From contig NC_043007.1 of assembly GCF_006345805.1 (NCBI RefSeq), positions 41,788,001-41,852,000 of the forward strand: a stretch of DNA of 64,000 bases, given 5' to 3'. The position numbers were made by a program, and so were the translations under genes. Position 1 is the first letter of the stretch. Every line of letters starts with the position of its first letter. The stretch is from Octopus sinensis. Lineage: Eukaryota. Shown here piece by piece: positions 1 to 11,704 of this stretch. The notes below the pieces were generated by a model, which worked only from the letters and a program-made list of their open reading frames with translations, was not told the origin of the DNA and did not search any database.

Positions 1-821
1 AAAAGGAGTGCCTGATGTGTTTCTTAGAGCTTTCTTGATGTGGATGAGGAGAGAGTTGGATAAAATTTCAAATTAATTTTTATTTTCAGTTTGAGTTGTA
101 GCTCCCATGGTATGAGGTCATAAACCTCAAGGTCTACAAAGAAAGCATACACCTCTTGGCAATATTTCCAAGAATATAGGGTCAACATCAGGTCAATTGT
201 GCAACATCCAGGAAGGGAGACACACTGTGCTTCAGTTAGATTTGGGTTGGTAATTTCCTTAAATCTTTTTTCCAAGCATCTAGCAGATGCTCATCAAAGA
301 ATGTCTAATGACAGTTGCTTCTGTTAGGACCCTATGGAGGAAGTGCCTGAGGACTCTATCCCCATGACCCTCCCAAATATAGAGGAGAGAGATGGATGGA
401 TAGATGGATAGAGGGAGGGAGGGGAGGACTTTCTGTTCATGATTTCGTTTAAATTTCAATTAATATTTCTAGAGGGATGATTAGATGATGCATGTACATA
501 GGTGCATATATGCACACACATGTGCAAACATAATATAATTTTATTTCACTTTTATTTTATTATACTTTATTCCATGAATAGAAATTTAATTTTTATTTTC
601 CTTTACTTTTACTTTCTTTGGTTCATTGTATTAATTTACCCATATATTATTTAACCCATCATTCATGATTGTTAATATTACTATTATTGAATTGAAATAA
701 AAGGAATGATTTTAACACATGCATACACAGACATGCACATATACATACACACGTAGTAAATATGTTTTTATATTCTGTATATTCTGATAGTATCCTAATT
801 TAATCCCTATTGTCCTCTGGA

Positions 822-924
822 AACACTGACGATTTTCCTTATAAGGTATTTAAAATGCAAAAGTATATTTTTATATATGTTTTGTAATTTTAATCTTATT
901 TGAGAAATGAAACAATTGTTGGTT
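822..924 (+). ncRNA. Degenerate hammerhead motif with long stem II
   Basis: CTGACGA at 826-832; GAAA-caattg-TT at 909-920; weak stem I. Confidence 0.45.
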
Positions 925-1506
925 CATATGTTGATTAATTAATAAGTTAAGTTGTATCCATTAGATATATTTGTTTTCTAACTCAATAAAAATGTCTGAT
1001 ATCTAACAATATTCTCTATAATATACTCATTGAAGGATTATCTTTTCAAAACTTAATGTATTAAACTAGTGTATCTTAGATAAATATCCCTATAAGAGGC
1101 TTGAATGTCCTCATTGTGACTGTATATATATCATCATCATCATCATTTAACGTCCGTTTTCCATGCTAGCATGGGTTGGATGGTTTTGACTGAGGGCTGG
1201 CAACCAGATGGCTGCACCAGACTCCAGTCTCAATCTGGCAGAGTTTCTACAGCTGGATGCCCTTCCTAACGCCAACCAATCTGAGAGTGTAGTGGGTGCT
1301 TTTTACGTGCCACCTGCACGGGAGCCAGTCAGGCGGTACTGGCAATGACCTCACTTGAATCTTTTTACATGTGCCACCGACACAGGTGCCAGTGAAGCGA
1401 CGTTGGAGTATATATATATATATAAAGAGACAGACAGACAGACAGAGAAAGGTAGACAGACAGATAGACAAATAGGTAGATAAATATTAAATACATAGAT
1501 AGATAA

Positions 1507-1553
<47 letters not shown>

Positions 1554-2348
1554 TAGATAGATAGATAGATAGATAGATAAAAGTGAAACCTCAATGATAT
1601 TTGACATCCATATATATTTTTTCTCATTTCTCCTGTTTCCATATGTGTTTCCCAAATAAACAACAATTTAACTGAATGGAACCAACCACGTAAAACTAGT
1701 CAAGAGGAACTACTGATGTAGAACTAATCAGCTGCAACTAGTCACCTGGAACATTTACTATTAAACTGCTGGGAAACTTCAGAAGGGGTCATCCATGTGG
1801 AACTTGAACAAATGTGAGGAGACACTACATGGTGGTTCACATTTCTAGAAGCGGCAGTCAAATCTCTCCTAAATCATATCTCATTGTCTTAGAAAGAGAA
1901 GGACACATTGGATAAAACAACTCTAAGTAGATATAACTGAAAAAGAGATCAGATGGTAATAACCGGAAAACCTGTGGTCATAGATCTAGTCCATTAGAGC
2001 TGAGCTGAGGCTAGATAACATCAATGATGGGAAATTAGTGATGCGGAACTAATAAAAGGATTTAGTCAGCTGAAACATTTGATGGGAAAGTAATTACAAG
2101 GAGCTTTCTGTTATTCTTTCACTGCTTTCAATCACTGACTGCACAGCTATGGTGAGGTACTGCATTCAAAGCTTTAATTGATTGTATCAACCTCAGTAAT
2201 TATTTTAATCAGATACACATTTCATTGAACAATGTTTGTTGAAGTGCTAAGTTAGTGAACATAAAAGGGTAGAAAACATAAACATCATTGATTTCTTTTC
2301 TTTTTTTTATCATACAAAACAGAAACACAGGCACAGATACACACACGG

Positions 2349-2380
<32 letters not shown>

Positions 2381-2496
2381 GTATCCATGTATGTATGTAT
2401 GTATGAATGTATGTATATATGTGTGTGTATGTATGCATGTATGTATATATATATATATATACACACATACAGTCATACATACACACATCTATAAAT

Positions 2497-2573
<77 letters not shown>

Positions 2574-3296
2574 GTATAACATATGTATAATTCTTGTGTT
2601 AAAGTACAAATGACACCCATTATCATAGACTCAGTACTTATATTAGAATAATATAAATATAACATAAGGGAAGAAAGTAAATTTGAAGGTGGGTAATCAG
2701 GGAAAGGGTGAGAATCGGGATAGTACACTGTGTTACTAACTAGTCAACCCTAATATTGATTTCATGTTTTGGTACAAGGCCAGTAATTTCGGTGTTGGTG
2801 CAATTTGATTATATCAACTCCACTACTCAACTTGTACTAATTTTATTGACCCTGAAGGGGATGAAAGCAAAGTTGGCCTTGATGGAATTTGAACTCAGAA
2901 TGTTAAGACCGACAAAATGCCACTCAGCATTTTGTCCAGCATGCTAACAATTCTGCCAGCACACTGCCAGTCAACCATAATATTGGTTTCACATTGGTCG
3001 TACTGGGACACCACCATAAAGAGTTTAGTTAAACAAATCAACCTTAATGCTTATTTTAAGTTTGGTTCTCATTCTAATGGTTTCTTTTGCACAATCGTTA
3101 AGTTACTGGGACACACTGGAACATAAGCAAACCAACACTGATTGTCAAGCAGGGTAGGGGACACAAGCACAAACACACACACACACACACACACACATGC
3201 ACAAACATGCGATGGGCTTTCACACAGTTTCTTTCATCAAATTTTATCCACATATGTGTGTGTATATATATATGTATATATATATGTGTGTATGTT

Positions 3297-3349
<53 letters not shown>

Positions 3350-3498
3350 TATATAATATATACATACATATACATACATATATAAATATATACATACATA
3401 GTTAATCCAAACAAGAAAAAGCAAAAAAACACAACAACGCGAGGACGTGGAACAAATATAGTATTATTGGACGCTCAGGAAAGAAGGGAAGAAGGAGG

Positions 3499-3533
3499 GT
3501 TTAACGTTTCGAGCGGAGCTCTTCGTCGGAAAC
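3499..3533 (-). ncRNA. Minimal type-I hammerhead motif (U4C core)
   Basis: gttt CCGACGA A gagc-tcc-gctc GAAA CG TT aaac. Confidence 0.75.
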
Positions 3534-3944
3534 AGAGGAGAAGGAAAGATCCGTGTGTGCATGCGTATGTGTGCGCATGTTTTTGTGTGTATGTGTGTGT
3601 GTGTGTCTGTGCCTATATGTGTGTACGTATGTGTATGTATGCGTGCGCGTGTAGGTATATATTGTGTGTATGTATATGTATCGGTGTGTATCTGAATTTG
3701 TGTGTGTTTGTACGTGTGTATGTATGTGTGCGTGTATTGTATATATATGTAAATGTGTGTGTGTGTGCGTGCGAGTGAATGTATGTATACATGTGCGTGT
3801 GTGTACAAATGTAGAGGTTTATATGTTTATATGTGTGCATATATATGTATGCAAGCACATACTTTATAATTGAAAGATTGATGGAAAAAATTGGTGTGGG
3901 TGTATGTGATACATACATACATACATACATACATACATACACAC

Positions 3945-4004
<60 letters not shown>

Positions 4005-4382
4005 CATCATCGTCGTTTAACGTCCGTTCTCCATGCTAGCATGACTATATATATATATATACATATAGATATATATAAATTAGAAAAAACACCTTTTATC
4101 AATTCAAAATGAAAAATTAAATTACACCATCTAGAAAATTATATATAATAGAAAGATTAAATATAAGATAAAAAATATAATGATGATTAAGTAATGTGCA
4201 AAATAATAAATAAATAAATATTTTGGGTAATTTGATTTAGTATTTCTAAATTGAATTTTTTCCCAGTAAGTTTGGAATAATATTCCCTCATATTATTATT
4301 ATTATCATTATAATACATATATATGTGTGTGTATATATTATATATATATATACACACACATATATATATATAAATATATAAA

Positions 4383-4440
<58 letters not shown>

Positions 4441-4478
4441 CATACATCCAATACTACATAAATATATATGTGTATATA

Positions 4479-4512
<34 letters not shown>

Positions 4513-4962
4513 TTCTTTATTGCCCACAAGGGGCTAAACATAGAGGGGACAGACAAAGGATTATGTTGATTATATTGACCCCAGTGCGTAACTGGTACTT
4601 AATTTATCGACCCCGAAAGGATGAAAGGCAAAGTCGACCTCGGCGGAATTTGAACTCACAATGTAACGGCAGATGAAATACGGCTACGCATTATGCCCAA
4701 CGTGCTAACGTTTCTGCCAGCTCGCCGCCATGTATGTATGTGCTTTCTACTCTAGACACAAGGCCTGAAATATTGGTGGAGGGAGCCAGTCGATTACATT
4801 GACTCCAACATTCAACTAGTATTTATTTTATCAATCCCTGAAAAGGATGGAAGGCAAAGTTGGCAGAATTTGAACTCAGAATATAAGGCTGAAAGAAATG
4901 CTGTAAACCAGTTTGTTTGGTGTGCTAATGTTTCTTCATGCTCACCACCTTGATATATATAT

Positions 4963-5002
<40 letters not shown>

Positions 5003-5322
5003 ATCATCATCATCATCATTTAATGTCTGTTTTCCATGCTGGTCTGGGTTGGATGGATTGACTGAGCTCTGGAAAGCCATTGGCTGCACCAGGCTCTGAT
5101 CTGATCTGGCAATGCTTCTAAAGCTGGATGCCCTTCCTAATGCCAACCACTCCGAGAGTGCAGTGGGAGCCAGTCAGGTGGGACTGACATCAATCACGTT
5201 TGGATAGTGCTTTTTACATGCCACTGGCATGGCAGCCAGTCAGGGGCCACTGGCCACTGGCCACAGCTGTGATATTGGGTTTACTTGACTCAATAGGGAG
5301 TTAATTATATGGCCAGTCATGG

Positions 5323-5380
5323 AGTGACCAATGGTTTCGCATCCATAAAGTGCTTAGCCTTAAAGATGACTCATCAGACT
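5323..5380 (-). ncRNA. Minimal type-I hammerhead motif, canonical core
   Basis: agt CTGATGA gtcatct...ggatgc GAAA cca-t-tgg TC act. Confidence 0.8.
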
Positions 5381-5581
5381 ACAATGGCTGACCAATGGTC
5401 ATTCTATGGCCGGCCATATAATGATCTTCTTGTAAATATATTACTGCTTTAACTTTTAGAGTGTTTCTTTTTCGGCAGGCCTATGATCCATTGATGATAT
5501 ATATGTTTTTATATATTATAGATATATATATATATATTATATATATATATTATAATATATATATATATAATATATATATAT

Positions 5582-5630
<49 letters not shown>

Positions 5631-5670
5631 AAGATGATATAGATAAGATATAGATAAGATAGATAGATAA

Positions 5671-5761
<91 letters not shown>

Positions 5762-6328
5762 TAGATAAAGATATAGATACAGATAGATAGATAGATATAA
5801 ATAGATAGATAAATATGCACACACATATACAGACACACACACACAGATATATACAGAGAGGAGATAGAGATAGAGAGAGAGAGAGAGAGCTAAAGGTAAG
5901 TATAAGTCAGGAGGTGTGAGAGGTGAATATAGTTATATTTTCCCATATGACTTTCATGAAATTATCGCTGTTTTACCTTCCTTGTGGAGCATTAATTTCA
6001 GTGTGCAAAATTACATGCACATATTTACATGGTTACACAGACGTATTACACCACATGGTATCTAATTACTATGTAAGCTGATAGCCAATTCTGAATGGGC
6101 AGCTGTGAATGCAGCTTGATTCTCTGAATCCAAATTTTCTACGAGTACTATTCTTTTACAAATATACACACACACACAGACATACACATAGATGTGTGTG
6201 TGCAATATCTATGCCTTGTATGCATGAAAAATAAGTCCTAAATCCACAGGTAAGAATGCATACCCATGTACATTATAGCATTATAGACTATAACACATAA
6301 ACGGAGCAAAATATCATTTCTTTAACTA

Positions 6329-6402
6329 TTCCCTGAAGATGTGATTCTTACATCTTACATAATAGTACAGTGATGTAAGAATCATTAAAATAGATGTAGG
6401 AA
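6329..6402 (+). ncRNA. Hammerhead motif with 13-bp stem II and G12A
   Basis: ttcc CTGAAGA ..tgattcttacatc/gatgtaagaatca.. AAAA tagatg TA ggaa. Confidence 0.65.
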
Positions 6403-6438
6403 TGAACATATTGAGATATCATTGAGGTTGTTTTCTGC

Positions 6439-6487
<49 letters not shown>

Positions 6488-7069
6488 AAACTAAAAACAG
6501 ATTTTTAAAAATCTATTTTTTATTTTTGTCAAAAATTTTTAAAACACTTTTTGAAATAAAAGAGAAATAATTACACAAATATTATCACCAATTCATGGGA
6601 GGAAATATTATTTTGCCATAGAATTAACAATGTAAAATTATCCATGTAAAACCAGTCATGTGATGTTAGTCCCATCAATCTAACTATATGGGACTGAACA
6701 CACAGAAGTGGAGTTAATTATGTTGCCTATCTTAAATAACCTCTAAAAACAAATCATAAGGAATTAATTGTGTAGAACAAGGCAGAAATGAACTAGTTAA
6801 GTGTACATGGTATTTTTAACAGGTTATAAAAACAGAATCTAAAAGACTGGTGGTGGTTATCAGCAAAAATTACACTGAAAGTGTGTATATTTGGTCTGGT
6901 TTGTATATGCCATGAGGAAAAGAAGCTGTTATATTTAAGGCCTGATTCTTCTTCTTGGAGACAAAGGGTTAGTTTTGGAATCTCAAATTCTTCTCTTCAT
7001 GGTATACAATTATATCTAAACTCATGAATTTCGCAAAGGTAGTTAATGACTAGTTATCCAAATGAAGGA

Positions 7070-7715
7070 ATAATTATTTAAAACCTAGATGATGACAGTA
7101 TAATTATATCAAAATCTGTACAATGATGGTAGAATTAGTTCAAAGTCTGGATGATGACAGTATAATTTTTCTAAAACCTGGATGATGACAGTATAATTTA
7201 TTTAAAACCTGGATATTGACAGTGTAATTAATTTAAGATATAAACAATGACAGTATAATTAGTTCAAAGTTTGGATGATGACAGTGTAATTTATTTAAAA
7301 CCTAGATGATGACAGTATAATTATATTAAAATCTGGTTGATGATGGTATAATTAGATCAAAGTCTGGTTGATGACAGAATAATTAATTTAAAGTCCATAT
7401 GATGAAGGTGTAATTAATTTAAAGATTGGATGATGATGGCATAATTAAATGGTTGATGGCAGTATAATCAATTTAAAGTTTGAAAGATGATGGTATCATT
7501 TATTAAAAACCTAGATGACAGTTTAATTAATTTAATTTAAAATATAAAATATAATTTAAATTATAAAATATAAAATTAATTTAAAATATAAAATATGGTG
7601 ATATAATTAATTTAAAGATTGGATGATGGGATAATTAATTTAAAGTCTGGGTGATGACGATGTAAGTAATTTAAAGTCTGGCTGGATGACAGTGTTATTT
7701 ATTAATTTAAAGTCT
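7070..7715. repeat. 31-bp minisatellite (~20 degenerate units) directly downstream of CYP stop
   Basis: Unit ~ataattaatttaaagtctggatgatgacagt; period 31 (e.g. 7151/7182). Confidence 0.9.
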
Positions 7716-7836
7716 TTCTTCTGTCTGAGTTCCGCCTGATGAACTTCAACTTGATTGGTCTGTCGGGTATGAGTACAATATTAGCTTTTGGTTTTACGTC
7801 TTCATGATGGTATTCTAAATGGTAGTTCTGTATAAT
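7702..7836 (-). CDS. CYP terminal exon (IIQNYHLEY...PDRPIKLKF...KTLN*)
   Basis: tttcaacag acceptor; TAA at 7704-7702 overlapping AATAAA (7703-7698). Confidence 0.92.
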   Translation of the reverse strand: MIQNYHLEYHHEDVKPKANIVLIPDRPIKLKFIRRNSDRRKTLN

Positions 7837-8822
7837 CTGTTGAAACAGAAGAGAAAAACACTGTAAAAGTTAAAAAGAAAGAGAAAAAGAAAGAAAAAGT
7901 GGGGAAAAAGAGAGAGGGTGAGAGAGAAACAGAGATGATAGAAAAGGCAAGCAAAGTAAAAACAGTAATTACCCACCACACTAATTACCTTTCTAATAAT
8001 CGTTAACTGCCAGAGGTAGCAATTACAGACTGGTTAACAGAGATTATATTAAGAATTCCAGTGAGTTATGCTGGGCAGTGAGATCTGAGTGTGTGTGTGT
8101 ATGTGTGTGTTTATATTTGTATGTGTGTATGTGTGTGTTTATATTTGTATGTGTGTGTGTGTGTGTAAATGTGAGCATGATTGTATGTATATGAATGTGT
8201 GGTTTGTGGGTTTGTGTGTGTGTGTGTGTGTGGACTGAAGATGGTGGGGATATTGAAAAATAGTACCCGCGAAGCAGGTAAGAGTGAGGCAGGTGCAGGG
8301 ATCAAAGCAGGAGATTAGAAAACTTTTGGCATTATTGATTCACCTTTACATGTGTTTCATTTGTTAATAGGAGTAACAAAATTGTACATGTAGTAGAAAA
8401 CATGTAAGACATCTCCTATTAGAAATTCTTCAGACACAGAATCAAATAATTATACATAATTATAAATTATGACAACAACAACAACAACAGTAATAGCAAT
8501 TATATTAATAAACAATTATAATATTTAAAGTTTTACTTGATTCTCTGGAGAATTTCTAATAGGAGATATCTTACATGTTTACTAATACATGCACAATTTC
8601 GTAGTTCCTATTAGCAAATGAAACACATATAATGGTGACTATGTAATGCAAAAAAAATTTCCAATCTCCTGTTTTGATCAGTTTTCCTCTACAGAAAATA
8701 TTTTCTAGTATTTTCAGCGCTTATCCATATCTCACACAATAACATCTGCATTCAGATTTGGAATACAATAAGCAGATGTACTTCAAGATTACACAGCTTG
8801 GATTTTAACCCTATCTACATAA

Positions 8823-8872
<50 letters not shown>

Positions 8873-9713
8873 GGTGCAATGGATAAATTGTCACCATTTT
8901 TGTATTTTTAATTTCACGCATGAGCATTGTTTGTTTTAGTCAACTACACAGTATAGTAGGGTCAGTTGAGCACTATCTGTGAGAAAACCAGCACCATGAC
9001 GCAATTCACTCTACCAGAAATTTGGAAACGATATGCTATACTGCTTTGCATTTGTACTGGAAGCTCCAATATGAACGTTTCAGAGTGTTTGGGTGTCAAA
9101 CTGAGGAAATGTACTGACAGGGATAAAAGTCAAACATCCAGTCAGCATCATGGTGTTTGGAGTGATCACTAGTGATGGTGGCATTATGCCTCCATTCATC
9201 TTCCCACACACCCTCACACTCAACACAGTACTAACTCCTTTGACATCAAGTGTCGGAGGAGGAAGTGCTACCCTGGGTCAAGAAGGTGGCTGCTAGAAGA
9301 CCCTAAGTCTGGCAACAGGACTCTGCACCATGCTACATAAGCAGGAGAACCCAGTCATGACTGTCAGACAATTTCTGCAACCGCATCACCCCTAACATCT
9401 GACCACCTAACTCCCCAAACTGCAACCTCCTTCATTACTATGTGTGGAGTGCAGTTGAGTGAGAGACCAACAAAAGATGAACTGAAAGCAAGCATTATGG
9501 CAGCATTCACCAACTTAAACAAGGAGACTCTCCAGAAAAGTTTCAGGAGATTCCAGAGTTGTCTGGAGACTATGGCTGAAGTCAATGGCGATTTTACTGA
9601 ATAAACTTACTCTTTAGTACTTCAAGATATTTTTATGCAATTTTGGTAAATATATCTGTTAAAAGGAGATGTCCTTTTTGTGTAATTTAGACAACAATTC
9701 ATTCACTACACCT

Positions 9714-9757
<44 letters not shown>

Positions 9758-10213
9758 CGCGCGCGCGTGCATGTGTGTGTGTGTGTGTGCGTGCATGTGT
9801 GTGTGTGCATGTGTGTGTGTGTAGTTGTAATAATGAAATCAATATAAACCATCATCATCAATATAGGAAAGCAGTGACTGCAAAACCATTGATTTGATGC
9901 ATCAGTGATTTTTCAATCAGTATTTTCCAATATCATTGGCAATGGGTTTTGTCTGGGTATAAGGTTGCTTGTGGGTACATGCCACTTACTAGGTCTAAAA
10001 AGGCAAAAATGTATATCTAGCATTTCTACCACCTCTGCTGGATGATTTTTGTCTGCTACTGGTATATGTTTGTGTTATTTAACACAGTGTGTCCATAAGA
10101 GATATCATCTTCAAACAAATATTGGCATTTAATTTGGCTTTCCATGAATATTTGCATTAAGTATATTATGTAGATTGCTATTTTAATCTAATACTGATTC
10201 TACTGTACATAAC

Positions 10214-10257
<44 letters not shown>

Positions 10258-10316
10258 ATGTGTACACGTACACACACATATATATTTATAGATGTGTGAG
10301 TCTATGAAAGTGTATA

Positions 10317-10350
<34 letters not shown>

Positions 10351-11540
10351 TACTTGAATAAATTATAAATTGTATACATATTTGGGGTTAATTCTCATCA
10401 TAAACATTGAATTGAAGTAAGAGATTTTGTTATGTTAGATAACAGTATAATGGGTATGAATGGTTGATAGAGTGAATAAAAAAGTGAGTTGAGGCAATTT
10501 TGAAGACTGAAAGACAGACAGGTATATAAAAACAGGAAAAAGAATTAGAAAAATACCTTTGTCAAAAGAAGGTGTATATCAAGTTCTGCAACTCTTCGCC
10601 CTACAGGTGTAAAAAATAAAACAGAAAGTAAGTAAAAATATGTTATCTCATCATTATCATTCATCACTACTGCTGTCATCACCACAACCAACACCACTGC
10701 TGCCACTACCACTGCTACCACTGCTACTGCTACCACTACCACTATCATCACCACCACCACCACCACTGCTATCACCATCATCATCATTATTATCATCACA
10801 ATTACCATCACTAGCATTGTCATCATAAACCTTATCATTATACATTTCGTCATCATCATCATCATCATTTTCATCATCTTCCTCACCATCCTCATCACTA
10901 ACATCTTCATCACAATTATCTTGCTCCTCATCAACATTCTCAATGTCACTCTCCCCTACCTCCTCCAGCACATCATCATCAACCCTCACTTCTATCCACA
11001 TCTCAACATTATCATCTAAGATATCACCAGCAGCAGCATCAAAATCTTCATCACCACTGCTATGGTCATCTTTGTTAGCATCATCATTGTTATCCCCACA
11101 CCACCAGTGTCACTCTTACCATCAAGTGTCTGCTGGTCATATTGGTACAAATGAAACATTACTACAGTTCATGCTTTGCTCATTCTGAAGCAGGTCTTGC
11201 TGACTGGAGGTCAGCCACTGACAAAAAAGTAAACAACCATATACATGGCATGGTTGTGTGGTAAAAAGCATGCTTCCCAACCATGTGGTCTTCAGTTCAG
11301 TCCCACTGTGCAGCACTTTAGGTAAGTGTCTTCTATTACAGCCTTTTGTTGGCCAAAGTTTTGTGTGTGAATTTGGTTGATGGAAACTGAAAGAAGCCCA
11401 TCTCATGTATGTGTTGAAGTTACAGAATGTAAACAAACCAACACTGGTTGTCAAGTGGTGGTCAAAAACAAACCCAAGCATAAAGACACATAGTGTTGGG
11501 CAGGGCCTGTTCTCATATTCCTTATAGATAAGAAACATGA

Positions 11541-11603
<63 letters not shown>

Positions 11604-11673
11604 CATGTGTGTGTGTGTGAGAGCATGTGTGTGTGTGTGTGAGAGCATGTGTGTGTGTGTGTGTGTGAGAGCA

Positions 11674-11704
<31 letters not shown>

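Noticed and set aside
1365-5844. Many 60-110 aa ORFs rich in YI/HT/VC/LSIY (also throughout the window)
   Set aside because: Translations of (TA)n, (CA)n, (TAGA)n and (TACA)n microsatellites.
7070-7700. Regularly spaced repeats resembling a CRISPR array
   Set aside because: Contiguous degenerate 31-bp units without unique spacers, eukaryotic context, no cas genes.
10657-11001. Acidic/Gly-Ser-rich 114-aa ORF on the CYP strand
   Set aside because: Low-complexity trinucleotide tract inside an intron; the P450 frame is complete without it.
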